A stretch of 64,000 bases of DNA from an uncultured Gammaproteobacteria bacterium (GTDB lineage: Bacteria > Pseudomonadota > Gammaproteobacteria > DRJJ01): positions 21,178-85,177 of the forward strand of contig CAMYJU010000016.1 of NCBI GenBank assembly GCA_947258795.1, written 5' to 3'. Below the pieces are notes generated by a model. That model saw only the letters and a list, made by a program, of their open reading frames with translations, was not told where the DNA came from and searched no databases. The position numbers and the translations under genes were made by a program. Positions 20,462-31,057 of the stretch are shown one piece after another. The number at the start of each line of letters is the position of its first letter. The stretch's first letter is position 1.

Positions 20462-21336
20462 GTATGAAAACCAAACCCCTGGTACTGCTACAAACCCTGC
20501 TGCCGTTACATGCTCTGTCACGCGTCATGCACTGGCTGATGCGCAGCTCAAAACTGCCTGGCCACAACTTTTTTTTGCGCCTGGCGATACGCAAATACAA
20601 TATTCGGCTTGACGAGGTACTGGAACCCGATGTATTCGACCGCGACATCTACCCGGATCTGAACAGCTGCTTCACACGTGCACTCAAACCGGATGCGCGA
20701 CCGATCGCAAAGGGTGCGCAGGAAATCTGTTCACCTGCCGACGGCACCATCAGTGCGATCGGTCATCTGAACGATACCCTGCTGCTACAGGCCAAGGGAC
20801 ATGAATACACCCTGGGCGAACTGCTCGCCAACGATATCGGACTGATCAACCAGTTTCGAAACGGCGCTTACGCAACCATCTATTTATCACCACGCGATTA
20901 CCACCGCGTGCATATCCCGTTGACCGGCAAACTCACCAAAATGGTACATGTGCCGGGACGGCTGTTCAGCGTATCCCCGTATAACATGCAAAACATACCT
21001 CGTCTGTTCGCACGTAACGAGCGGGTCATCTCGGTATTCAATACAGCCATCGGACCGATGGTCGTTATCATGGTCGGTGCAATATTTGTCGGCTCAATCG
21101 AAACCGTCTGGGCAGGCGAAGTCACCCCGCCGGCCGGCAAGGAAATCAGCACCTCGATCTATCCGGAATCCGCCGGAGACAGCTTGAACAAGGGTGAAGA
21201 AATGGGTCGTTTTAACATGGGCTCTACCGTTATCGTACTGTTTCCGGAAAACACGGTTAAATGGAATGCCGATCGACAGGCGGACAGTAAAGTCAGGATG
21301 GGGGAGAATTTGGGGGAGTTAACTACGGGCGGTTAA
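20458..21336 (+). CDS. psd: Phosphatidylserine decarboxylase proenzyme
   Basis: 292 aa; LSPRDYHRVHIP and self-cleavage LGST-like site (MGSTV); 4-bp overlap with upstream gene. Confidence 0.93.
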   Translation: MSMKTKPLVLLQTLLPLHALSRVMHWLMRSSKLPGHNFFLRLAIRKYNIRLDEVLEPDVFDRDIYPDLNSCFTRALKPDARPIAKGAQEICSPADGTISAIGHLNDTLLLQAKGHEYTLGELLANDIGLINQFRNGAYATIYLSPRDYHRVHIPLTGKLTKMVHVPGRLFSVSPYNMQNIPRLFARNERVISVFNTAIGPMVVIMVGAIFVGSIETVWAGEVTPPAGKEISTSIYPESAGDSLNKGEEMGRFNMGSTVIVLFPENTVKWNADRQADSKVRMGENLGELTTGG

Positions 21337-21497
21337 TATCAAGCTTAGTCCAAATCGATTTATTAATTTCCTCGTCTTCGAAAATACATTCTTATCTTAT
21401 TTCCTTCCAACACAAGATCCTTTTTTATGCGCCTTTGCTATTCGCATATCCGGAAATGATACGAAATTGATCACCTAACTGATCGACGCCTATTACT

Positions 21498-21514
21498 GAA
21501 CCCTGAAAGGGTTC
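21498..21514. terminator. Short hairpin (gaaccct-gaa-agggttc) in the convergent psd/PilZ intergenic region, possible bidirectional terminator
   Basis: 7-bp stem, 3-nt loop, no clear U-tract; sits between two convergent stop codons. Confidence 0.25.
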
Positions 21515-21556
21515 TATGGGGCTACACTTGTAAGTAATTCCTTGAGAGAGGACACT

Positions 21557-21916
21557 TCATGAAATCTGATGCACCTCGGCAGCATGGTGTTCTTCCAAAC
21601 CCCGATGGGCGCTATGGAAAATATCCTGCAGCAGGCGTAGATCCTTCACCGTGAAGTCCATGAACATGATGCCGATACCATCGCCGTGACGATGCACCAC
21701 ACGGCCTGGTATCAGGCGGCTTTCTTTCACATCAACCGGATTCTGTATGACGACTTCGATCTTGCTGTTCAGTTTCATGTCCGGGTCGGGATAAACAATG
21801 TACATGCCACCCAGCCCCAGGTCACGGGTGCGGCAACCCTCGGTGATCTGGTCCTTGTAATAGAGATTCACCGCGAGCTCGATCGGCCTTCTTTCACTCC
21901 ACCTGTATTCTTCCAT
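21557..21916 (-). CDS. Single-domain PilZ c-di-GMP binding protein
   Basis: ORF 21557..21994, likely start MEEYRW; ERRPIE (RxxxR-like) and DLGLGG (DxSxxG-like) motifs. Confidence 0.65.
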   Translation of the reverse strand: MEEYRWSERRPIELAVNLYYKDQITEGCRTRDLGLGGMYIVYPDPDMKLNSKIEVVIQNPVDVKESRLIPGRVVHRHGDGIGIMFMDFTVKDLRLLQDIFHSAHRGLEEHHAAEVHQIS

Positions 21917-22025
21917 AGTCGCTACTCCCTGTTCGCTGGACTGGCAGCCGGTACTCAATAAGCGAAATGTAGTGCATTTGGGCCTTATAAGCAAAGACCG
22001 CTTGCCGACCGGGTCACACTATCGA

Positions 22026-23009
22026 TCATGCCCGTGTGAATGAAAATGCCATTACTTCATCTATGGTTTGAGCGCCGGTCAGCGCCATCAACACACGCTC
22101 CAGTCCGAGTGCAACCCCGGCACAATCCGGCAGCCCGGCCTCCAGTGCGGCCAGCAATAACGGGTCCGGTGTGTGGGCGTCCAGACCCAGTTGTTGGCGC
22201 TGTTGCTGGTCGCGTTGCATGCGCCGGCGCTGTTCGTGAGCATCGGCCAGTTCATGGAAGCCGTTAGCCAGCTCTATCCCTCCGACATAGACCTCGAAGC
22301 GCTCAGCGACTTCGGGTTGCCCTGGCCGAACACGCGCCAGCGAGGCCTGGCTGGCCGGATAGTCATAAACAAAACAGATTTCCTGCGCATCAAGCTGCGG
22401 CTCGACCTGGTGACTCAGGATCAGGTTCAACCAGTCATCGCGATCTTGCAGCTGGTCGGCATGTTCGAGCTGTATCCCCAGTGCCGTTGCCCGCTCGCGT
22501 AGCACCTCAATATCGTCCCGATGCGGATCGATACCGGTATACTGCGCAAACAACTCCGCATAGCTCACCCGCCTGAACTTGCTAAAACCGGCCTCATCCA
22601 GACCGATAGACAATAACAATTCCTGTACCTGGTCCATCAACTGATGATGATCGAAGCCCGGTTGATACCATTCCAGCATGGTGAATTCGGGGTTGTGGTG
22701 GCGTCCACGCTCGTCACGGCGGAACACCCGGCTGACCTGATACACCGGACCACAACCCGCCGCAAGCAGGCGCTTCATATGAAATTCAGGTGATGTTTGC
22801 AGGAACAGCTGCTGCGCCCCATGATAGGTAGCAAAGCTGTGCATGTGTACCTCGGTACTGGTGCTGTGGGCCAGTACCGGGGTTTCGACTTCAAGGAATT
22901 GCCGTTCAGAGAAAAACTGCCGGATATCGGTCAGCAGTTGAGCCCGGCGCTGCAGCATCTGCAGTGACGCCCCGGGTTGCCACGCAGCTGTGTCCTTATC
23001 CGCTGGCAT
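22026..23009 (-). CDS. epmA: EF-P--(R)-beta-lysine ligase
   Basis: 327 aa class-II aaRS catalytic-core paralogue (PoxA/GenX). Confidence 0.93.
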   Translation of the reverse strand: MPADKDTAAWQPGASLQMLQRRAQLLTDIRQFFSERQFLEVETPVLAHSTSTEVHMHSFATYHGAQQLFLQTSPEFHMKRLLAAGCGPVYQVSRVFRRDERGRHHNPEFTMLEWYQPGFDHHQLMDQVQELLLSIGLDEAGFSKFRRVSYAELFAQYTGIDPHRDDIEVLRERATALGIQLEHADQLQDRDDWLNLILSHQVEPQLDAQEICFVYDYPASQASLARVRPGQPEVAERFEVYVGGIELANGFHELADAHEQRRRMQRDQQQRQQLGLDAHTPDPLLLAALEAGLPDCAGVALGLERVLMALTGAQTIDEVMAFSFTRA

Positions 23010-23043
23010 TACCGATCAACGAATGACGCATATAGATTGCTTA

Positions 23044-23612
23044 TCAGTCCTTCGCCCGCGATACGTACTCACCGGTGCGGGTGTCGACCCTGATCACTTC
23101 ACCTTCATCGATAAACAACGGCACGCGTACGACCGCTCCGGTCTCCAGTGTGGCCGGTTTACCGCCACCACCCGAGGTATCGCCACGCACACCCGGATCG
23201 GTCTCGGTGATGGTCAGATTGACGAAATTCGGCGGCACTATCGAGATCGGCTCACCGTTCCACAGGGTAACCAGACAGGTATCCTGCTCTTTTAGCCATT
23301 TGTGACTGTCACCGACGGCGGCCTCATCGGCGGATAGCTGCTCATAGCTTTCCGGATCCATGAAATGCCAGTGCGTACCGTCGTTGTACAGGTATTGCAT
23401 TTCGGTTTCCATGACATCGGCCGCCTCGACCGATTCCCCCGACTTATAGGTTCGGTCGATCACGCGCCCGGTTTTCAGATAGCGCAGCTTGACCCGGTTA
23501 AAGGCCTGCCCCTTGCCGGGTTTGACGAATTCATTTTCAACAATTGCGCACGGCTCGCCGTCGATCATCAGCTTTAGACCCGAACGAAATTCACTAGTAT
23601 TATATGTTGCCA
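23044..23612 (-). CDS. efp: Elongation factor P
   Basis: Internal start [14 protein letters not shown] within ORF 23044..23817; KPGKGQAF loop carrying the modified Lys. Confidence 0.95.
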
Positions 23613-23652
23613 TGAATAGCCTACCTACGTCAGGATTAATCTCAATCTGCCT

Positions 23653-24669
23653 ATGATAACCCGAACTGCCACCCTGAGTCAGATACCGGACTGGCAAATT
23701 CAGCTTGCCAATGCGATCCGTGATATCGATGAACTGTTTGGATTGATAGGTCTCGCCCGTGAGGCGGTCCCGGAGCTGCTGAACGCACAGTCCGACTTCC
23801 CGATCAGGATTCCGCATGCCTATGCACGCCGCATCCAGCCTGGCAAGGCCGATGATCCCTTGTTGAGACAGGTGCTACCACTGTTACAGGAGTCACTGGC
23901 AGTGCCGGGTTACAGCCCGGACCCGGTCAGAGACCGGAATCAAATGCCTGTGCCGGGCCTGCTGCATAAATATCACGGCCGTGTGCTGCTAACCCTGACC
24001 GGCGCCTGCGCGATCCACTGCCGGTACTGTTTCCGGCGGCACTTCCCTTATACAGAGGCCAATCCGTGCGGTCAGGACTGGCCGCACACACTGGAATATA
24101 TCCGTCAGCAAACAGATATCGACGAGGTGATCCTCAGCGGCGGCGACCCGTTGAGCCTGAGTGATCAGCGCCTGGCCGGCATCAGCGAGGAACTGGGCAC
24201 GATTCCGCACCTCAAACGCCTGCGCATCCATAGCCGCCTGCCGGTGGTGATCCCGGACCGGGTCACGTCCCAGGTGACTGACTGGCTGGCCAGCTGCCGC
24301 TTGCAAACCATTATCGTGTTACATGTCAATCATGCGCAGGAACTGAATGAACACACTCGCCTGGCGTTTCAATGTTTGCGCGACGCCACTGACAGCCTGC
24401 TAAATCAAACGGTGCTGTTAAAAGATATCAATGATCAGGCCGGCACCCTGGCCACACTCAGTGAGGCGCTGTTCGATCAGGGCGTCATGCCTTATTACCT
24501 GCACTGCCTGGACCCGGTCGCCGGAGCGGCCCATTTTGACCTGCCTGAAAGCCGGATCAGTGAAATCTGGCAACAATTACGCGCAATCCTGCCGGGTTAC
24601 CTGCTACCGCGCCTGGTCAGGGAGATCCCGGGCGCATCCGCTAAAATCCCTTTTGAAATCATGGATTAA
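23653..24669 (+). CDS. epmB: EF-P beta-lysylation protein, lysine 2,3-aminomutase paralogue
   Basis: 338 aa; radical [11 protein letters not shown] motif. Confidence 0.92.
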   Translation: MITRTATLSQIPDWQIQLANAIRDIDELFGLIGLAREAVPELLNAQSDFPIRIPHAYARRIQPGKADDPLLRQVLPLLQESLAVPGYSPDPVRDRNQMPVPGLLHKYHGRVLLTLTGACAIHCRYCFRRHFPYTEANPCGQDWPHTLEYIRQQTDIDEVILSGGDPLSLSDQRLAGISEELGTIPHLKRLRIHSRLPVVIPDRVTSQVTDWLASCRLQTIIVLHVNHAQELNEHTRLAFQCLRDATDSLLNQTVLLKDINDQAGTLATLSEALFDQGVMPYYLHCLDPVAGAAHFDLPESRISEIWQQLRAILPGYLLPRLVREIPGASAKIPFEIMD

Positions 24670-24849
24670 GAGCTGGTTATTCCAGAGTTGGCTTAAACAC
24701 TTGTATTTTCAGGTCAGATTAAGCTACTATACAAATAGTAAGGGTAATACTGTCGACTGCGTCACAGTTTGAGTATCAGTCGATTTTTGGCTCGTCGATC
24801 ACCCTGATTCCAGCACACGGATGGCTACACGACTTGAGGCAGTAGTTTA

Positions 24850-26700
24850 GTGTTACAGCAATCCAATCCATTTGGCCTGTTAGTACCCGTCAGGAAGGTT
24901 CCGACCGATCCGGGTCTGGGCCTGCGTGCGAAGGAGGTCTCGGCATGGTTGCATGGCTTGCCACTGGCCAACCCGGATATCCTTGGCAAGACGCTGTACC
25001 GCCGTATCGCGGTAGAAAACCGCACCGAACACAAACCCAAGGACAGATTGCAGTTTATCGAGCAGCTTAGGGAGCAGGTGCTTTACTGCGTTGATCATTT
25101 CAAATCCAGCCTGGTCAAATCATCGTTGCCGATGAGCTCACGCAAGCTGAAGAATGCCACCCAGGCACGCGCCCTGCTCACCGAACTAACCAATGCCTAC
25201 AAGATCGCGGTGGTCGACCTGCTGCAGGAGACCCGAATCGATGACAAGGCTGTTGCACTGGCCAGTCAACGTGCAATCCACAGTCTGACCAGACTGTTAA
25301 TGGTCAATTATGCCCATTACACCCCGGCGCCACAGCATATCTGGATGGAATTACACCGCTTGTACCACCTGGCAGAGTCACGCGAACAGCTCAATCTCAG
25401 AATCAGGGATGAAATGCAGCCCTCCAGGCGCAGTTCGGTTGAACTGGAATACAAACGCATCCTGCTGTTATCGCTGGCCAATCCATATCGCCTGCGTCGC
25501 GATGACATCGCGCCGGTCTATAACGCCCTGCAGGAATGGGCACAGCAAGTCAAAATTGAACGTAACCCGCAGTTTGCCGATAACCGGCCCTGCTTTGTCA
25601 TCGATCTGGATTCAGACCAGGCACCGAACCAGATCCAGCAAAACCGGGTCACCGACCAGGTTTATAACCGCTATATAAACCTGGACCGGCTCAACAAACT
25701 GCTCAGGAAAAACCTGGATTCAGTAAAAAAGAAAAACAAAATATCAGGCAGCTTGAGCCACAACACCTTATACAAGCTGCTGATGACCTGGGATATCAGT
25801 AGCAAACGGGTATTCAGCCGCACAAGCAAACTGGGCAAACTGGATATCACCGTGGGCATCAATAATACCCATGATGAAATCGACCACGATATCGTGGAAA
25901 GCAGTCTGCTCGAGACAGCCGTTCTGACACCGGCAACGACAGACACCGGGAAACACGAACAATTACCACCGCCACTGGAACTGATCGATATCCAGACCGG
26001 GTTCACGGTAGAAAAGGTGCAGCCCACAGAAAAGCAGCTCGATGACCCATGGGACAAACAGCTACTGTACAAACAGGACACTCACAATGATGAGCAGAAC
26101 CACAAACCGGCCGGTCACAAGACCACCGAGCGTTTCGGTCCGGCCAAACAGACCTGGCGTATGCTGAATATCAGCGCGGGTGGTTATTGCATCATGTGGG
26201 ACAAGGACACACCGTGCCCGACACAGGTTGGTGAGATCGTCGGCATACAAGAGACCAGTCCGGGTGGCAAACAGATCTGGAGTATCGGCATCGTACGCTG
26301 GATGGAATACCGGCCCTCGAACGGTCTGAAAATGGGTATACAGCTGATTGCGCCCAATGCAATGGCCGTTACCACCTATCCCTATGGCCTCAAGCAGCCT
26401 GACGTGGAGAAAACACTGCAGCTACCGGATCTTCCTGTGATCGACCAGCCGGCCAGCCTGGTTACCTCTACCAGTCACTACGAGGTCGGGGATCGGCTGA
26501 TCGTCGACCATCATGGCCACACCACTGTGGTACAGCTGAGCGAAGTTCTGGAACAAACCGGAAACATAACCCGTTTCCAGTACCATGAATTGAATAACAA
26601 GGCCGTCACCGGCAACCTGCCCAGGACTGATACCGGCGACACCCAGGAAATCAGACTGAGCGATTTCCCGGATGATTACTGGAACTGGCCGGAATCCTGA
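24850..26700 (+). CDS. Hypothetical protein with C-terminal PilZ-like region
   Basis: 616 aa; no recognisable N-terminal domain; residues ~435-520 contain R...WRMLNISAGG (NxSxxG) followed by beta-rich segment. Confidence 0.5.
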   Translation: MLQQSNPFGLLVPVRKVPTDPGLGLRAKEVSAWLHGLPLANPDILGKTLYRRIAVENRTEHKPKDRLQFIEQLREQVLYCVDHFKSSLVKSSLPMSSRKLKNATQARALLTELTNAYKIAVVDLLQETRIDDKAVALASQRAIHSLTRLLMVNYAHYTPAPQHIWMELHRLYHLAESREQLNLRIRDEMQPSRRSSVELEYKRILLLSLANPYRLRRDDIAPVYNALQEWAQQVKIERNPQFADNRPCFVIDLDSDQAPNQIQQNRVTDQVYNRYINLDRLNKLLRKNLDSVKKKNKISGSLSHNTLYKLLMTWDISSKRVFSRTSKLGKLDITVGINNTHDEIDHDIVESSLLETAVLTPATTDTGKHEQLPPPLELIDIQTGFTVEKVQPTEKQLDDPWDKQLLYKQDTHNDEQNHKPAGHKTTERFGPAKQTWRMLNISAGGYCIMWDKDTPCPTQVGEIVGIQETSPGGKQIWSIGIVRWMEYRPSNGLKMGIQLIAPNAMAVTTYPYGLKQPDVEKTLQLPDLPVIDQPASLVTSTSHYEVGDRLIVDHHGHTTVVQLSEVLEQTGNITRFQYHELNNKAVTGNLPRTDTGDTQEIRLSDFPDDYWNWPES

Positions 26701-26716
26701 GCTTGTCTGCCCTGGA

Positions 26717-27238
26717 CTAATATACCTGGGTAAAAATAGACGGGTAAATAATATTACTGCCCTTCCCCAGGGTGTTATCTGTCAATTCCATCGCACTGAA
26801 CAGATCGAGCGAGATCGGCAGGCTGCAATGCAGATCCCAGTCTGATGCGGGTTTGAAGCCCAGCCGATGATAGTAATCCGGGTGCCCGGCCACAACAACG
26901 GCGCCATAACCCAGTTCTTTTGCCTTGTTGATTGCGTGTTCGACCAGCTCGGTCCCGATACCACGATGGGACTGTGACGGAACCACCGCCATCGGTGCCA
27001 GCGCGAGTATATCCACCCCGTCACGTTCATTTTGCAAACGCACCCGGGTGAGCAATATGTGCCCAACGATACGTTTGTTAAATTCGGCTACCAGTGACAG
27101 TTCGGGAATATAATTACTCGATTGCCTGAGCTGCTCTATCAGTCCTACTTCGTCATCACCCTCGAAGGCACTCAGATGTACGACATCGATAGCCTTGATA
27201 TCATCAGCATGCTCTGACCTGACAGTAATCTGATCCAT
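26717..27238 (-). CDS. GNAT family N-acetyltransferase
   Basis: 173 aa; acetyl-CoA motif A region RGIGTELVEHAINKAKELGY. Confidence 0.85.
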   Translation of the reverse strand: MDQITVRSEHADDIKAIDVVHLSAFEGDDEVGLIEQLRQSSNYIPELSLVAEFNKRIVGHILLTRVRLQNERDGVDILALAPMAVVPSQSHRGIGTELVEHAINKAKELGYGAVVVAGHPDYYHRLGFKPASDWDLHCSLPISLDLFSAMELTDNTLGKGSNIIYPSIFTQVY

Positions 27239-27664
27239 TCTGGTCTCCCAATTATTTCTCTATCTGCTATGGGTTTCATGAACACCTGGCACCACGCCGG
27301 GTTCTTTTATACAGTATAACGCCAGCCAGCTTGTAGCGCGACGGATTTGAGTTCTAGTCAGACCGGCAGCACGAAAATGAGACCATTCCAGCAAGTAACA
27401 ACAAGACAGGACATCAGTCCTGTATAATCTGTCAGGGTATATGGCCAGCCTGTACAATCATCCATGCATACCAGATGGATAATAATCGGTTGCTCTGAAT
27501 CCCGATAGCCAGCAGCGCATCATGATCTTGTCAATTCAGGCAGCGCAGATGGCAAACTGCTTTAATCCGGACGGGATTTCCGATAAAGTTAGCATTTAGA
27601 TGACAGCCAGATTTTACGGCTCATTACAAAATACCCAGAATTATCACTATAGTTACAGGCAGGA

Positions 27665-29806
27665 TTGGCTGATTACAGTCTTATATCCCGGGCTTTGGAG
27701 GCTGGTGTGGCAAAAGACAGAACTTTGCGGGTCATTATTGCCGAGGACTCGCAAAATACTGCTGAGAACCTGATTAGCATACTACGTAATGCAGGTCATG
27801 CCGTGCGTCAGCATTTGCTCAATGACGAAGCCACTCTGCTTGAGACCCTGAAGGAACAGCCGATCGATGTCATCTTCCTCGGTCTGAAAACCGAGGAACC
27901 CACCCTGGACCAGACCACCCGGCACCTTAAGCAACTGAAACTTGACCTGCCGATACTGGCGCTAGCCGATGAATATGATATCGAACTTGCCACAGATATC
28001 ATTCGCCAGGGCGCATCCGACCTGGTGGCCAGGGATCATCCCGAACATCTGCAACTGGTGGTCAAGCGTGAAATCTCACACCTGAAACAGCACCGCGAAC
28101 TGGCTGGTGCCAAACGCGTCGCGCTTGAATCCAGCAAACGTGCTGACGCCCTGCTGGACACCTCGGCAGATGCAATTACCTACGTACATGACGGCATGCA
28201 CGTCTATGCGAACCCGGTTTACCTGCGCATGTTCGGTTTCAAGAGCCTGGAGGATATCGAAGGTACACCGATCATGGACATGGTGGCGCCCGCAGATCAC
28301 AACAAGTTGAAAGATTTCCTGCGCTCCCGGCAGTCTGATGAAAGCAAGATGTCCAGTGAGCTGGATATTACCGGGCTAAAAACCGGTGGCGAGGAGTTCA
28401 ATGCCTCAATGGAATTCACGCCCGCCACCTTTGAGGGTGAACCCTGTACACAGATTATTATCCGCGCACGCCTGGGTGATAGCGAGGAACTGGAAAAACA
28501 ACTGAAGAGCCTGACCCGCAAGGACATGCTGACCGGGCTGGACAATCGTCAGCATTTCATGGATATGATTGACCGGGATCTGACACAGTTCCAGAACCAC
28601 GATAAGACCGGGGCGGTACTGTTCATCACCCCGGACAAGTTCAAGGAGATAAAAGAGAATATCGGCATGAGCGGCGCCGACCAGGTAACCCAGGAAATCG
28701 CCACGATCATGAAAGACTCGTTGCCCGATGCCTTGCGCACGGCGCGTTTCAGTGATTATTGCCTGACCGCCTTCCTGTCTGGTGAAAACAACAACGATAT
28801 CCTGCAAGCCGCCGAGATATTCCGGAAGAGTGCCGCGGATCATATCTATACAGTCGACGACAAGTCCATTTCGATTACCTGCAGTATCGGTGTCAGTATC
28901 GTTGGACCACTGGACAAGGCCGCGCAGGACGTTGTTTCCTATGCCGACCTGGCCTGCGAAATGGCCATGAAAGAAGGGGGCAACCGGGTACATTTACATA
29001 ACCCGATCGCGGACCGGGATGCTGAAAACCAGCGCGATGAACGCTGGCTAAATCTGGTACAACATGCCCTCAAAGATGACCTGTTCCAGTTAGTTTATCA
29101 ACCGGTAGCCAGTCTGCACGGTGAGCCCGGTGAACAGTATGAAGTACTGATCCGGATATCCGATCCGGGTGGTGAGGACGTGCTGCCCAGCCAGTTCCTG
29201 TCGGTTGCGAGCAAACACAACCTGATGACGCATATCGACCGCTGGGTCGTCAGTCATGCCCTGGTGGCACTGGAGGAACATCGAAAACAGGCGCATGACA
29301 CCCTGTTTTTAATCAAGATCTCGACCGATAGCCTGATCGAGGCCGAGTTCACCAGCTGGCTTCAGGAACAGATCAAGAAAAGCAAGTTACCCGGGGAATG
29401 CCTGGTGTTTGAAATATCTGCAGCCAGTATACACCTGCATATGAATACAGCCGCCGAGTTCGGCACCATGCTGTCCAAGCATGAGTGCCAGCTGGCAATT
29501 GAGCATTTCAAGGCCGATCATGATGCCTATCAGATGCTCAAATACGTCAAGCCTAACTTTATCAAAATTGACGGGCAGCTGATCCGCGAACTCTCGGCAA
29601 ATCCCGATAATCAGGAAACGGTCAAGAAGCTCGCTGGCAAGGCCTCGTCCATGGGTATCTCAACCATTGCACACTTTGTCGAGGACGCCAGTAGCCTGGC
29701 CGTGTTGTGGCAATGCGGCATCAACTACATTCAGGGTAACTTCCTGCAGGCACCGTCAGCGAAGATGGACTACGATTTCGAAGGCGAGGCCGAAGACGAG
29801 GCCTGA
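27665..29806 (+). CDS. FimX-like degenerate REC-PAS-GGDEF-EAL c-di-GMP receptor protein
   Basis: 713 aa, TTG/GTG start; receiver-like N-terminus lacking phospho-Asp (IDVIFLGLK); GGDEF site is SDYC; EAL is EVL; DDFGTG replaced by EHFKAD. Confidence 0.7.
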   Translation: MADYSLISRALEAGVAKDRTLRVIIAEDSQNTAENLISILRNAGHAVRQHLLNDEATLLETLKEQPIDVIFLGLKTEEPTLDQTTRHLKQLKLDLPILALADEYDIELATDIIRQGASDLVARDHPEHLQLVVKREISHLKQHRELAGAKRVALESSKRADALLDTSADAITYVHDGMHVYANPVYLRMFGFKSLEDIEGTPIMDMVAPADHNKLKDFLRSRQSDESKMSSELDITGLKTGGEEFNASMEFTPATFEGEPCTQIIIRARLGDSEELEKQLKSLTRKDMLTGLDNRQHFMDMIDRDLTQFQNHDKTGAVLFITPDKFKEIKENIGMSGADQVTQEIATIMKDSLPDALRTARFSDYCLTAFLSGENNNDILQAAEIFRKSAADHIYTVDDKSISITCSIGVSIVGPLDKAAQDVVSYADLACEMAMKEGGNRVHLHNPIADRDAENQRDERWLNLVQHALKDDLFQLVYQPVASLHGEPGEQYEVLIRISDPGGEDVLPSQFLSVASKHNLMTHIDRWVVSHALVALEEHRKQAHDTLFLIKISTDSLIEAEFTSWLQEQIKKSKLPGECLVFEISAASIHLHMNTAAEFGTMLSKHECQLAIEHFKADHDAYQMLKYVKPNFIKIDGQLIRELSANPDNQETVKKLAGKASSMGISTIAHFVEDASSLAVLWQCGINYIQGNFLQAPSAKMDYDFEGEAEDEA

Positions 29807-29815
29807 CCCGGCACC

Positions 29816-31057
29816 CTAATCCAGCACGTGTGATACAAGGCCATCCGCAAGCTTGGGCTCGAACCAGGTGGATTTGGGTGGCATCACCTCATTCGCATCA
29901 GCAACGGCCATCAGGTCTTCCAGCCTGGTTGGATACAGCGAAAAGGCCACAGCCATCTCGCCGCTGTCGACGCGCCTCTCCAGTTCAGTCAGGCCACGTA
30001 TCCCACCGACAAAATCGATACGCTTGTCACGACGTGGGTCACTGATACCCAGGATGGGCTCGATCAGTTCATTCGCAAGCAGGCTGACATCCAGACGACC
30101 CACCGGGTCATCGGTCGGTATCCTGTCAGTAGACAGTTGCAGCTTATACCATTGACCATCCAGGTACATACCAAACTCGGATGGTGCAGCGGGTTTAACC
30201 GGCTGACCTGAAGAAGTCACGCTAAAGCGTTCCTTTACCCTGGACAGGAAATCCTCTCCACTCAGTCCGTTCAGATCAGAGATCATCCGGTTGTAATCGA
30301 GTATTTGCATCTGGTTATCCGGAAAAATCACCGACAGGAAATAGTCACTGGATTCGTCACCTGAATGATCAAGGTTCGACTCCTTGCGCATCGCTCCCAC
30401 ACGCGAACCGGCAGCCGAACGATGATGACCGTCAGCAATATAAAGACAGTCCATGGCATCAAAATACCGACTGATCTGATCAATCGCATCCTGGTCATCG
30501 AGCACCCAGAAAGTATGCTGGACATTATCTGCCGCAGTCAGATCGTACAGGGGGTCCTGCTGCATGGCTTTGCCAACCAGCTCGTCTACCCCGGCATGAT
30601 GGCGGTAGGTCAGGAATACCGGACCGGTTTGCGCATTCAGTGCATCAATCTGTCTGACACGATCATTCTCCTTGTCCGGCCGCGTAAACTCGTGCTTGCG
30701 GATACGATTGCTGTCGTAATCCTTGACCGACGCAACCGCAACCAGGCCTGTCTGACTATGACCGTTCATAATCAGGCGGTAGACATAATAAACCGCCTGC
30801 TGCTCACGAATCAGAACTCCCTTGCTGACCATGTTGTTCAGGTTTTCCGCCCCTTTCGCATATACAGCGGCATCATATGGATCCGTCCCTTCCGGCAGAT
30901 CTATTTCAGGCTTGGATATATGCAGGAAGCTCCACGGCCGTCCAACAGCCATTTCCCGGGCCTCGGCGGTATTCAGTACATCATAGGGCGGTGCAACGAC
31001 ATCTTGTTCATGTCCGCTTGCTGGCCGCAGTCCGCGAAAGGGTTTTATCAACGACAT
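29816..31057 (-). CDS. DUF1015 family protein
   Basis: 413 aa; MSLIKPFRGLRPA...VVAPPYDV N-terminus typical of DUF1015. Confidence 0.8.
   Translation of the reverse strand: MSLIKPFRGLRPASGHEQDVVAPPYDVLNTAEAREMAVGRPWSFLHISKPEIDLPEGTDPYDAAVYAKGAENLNNMVSKGVLIREQQAVYYVYRLIMNGHSQTGLVAVASVKDYDSNRIRKHEFTRPDKENDRVRQIDALNAQTGPVFLTYRHHAGVDELVGKAMQQDPLYDLTAADNVQHTFWVLDDQDAIDQISRYFDAMDCLYIADGHHRSAAGSRVGAMRKESNLDHSGDESSDYFLSVIFPDNQMQILDYNRMISDLNGLSGEDFLSRVKERFSVTSSGQPVKPAAPSEFGMYLDGQWYKLQLSTDRIPTDDPVGRLDVSLLANELIEPILGISDPRRDKRIDFVGGIRGLTELERRVDSGEMAVAFSLYPTRLEDLMAVADANEVMPPKSTWFEPKLADGLVSHVLD

Noticed and set aside
28406-28993. 195-aa minus-strand ORF inside the FimX-like gene
   Set aside because: Antisense to a gene with coherent multi-domain architecture; shadow ORF.
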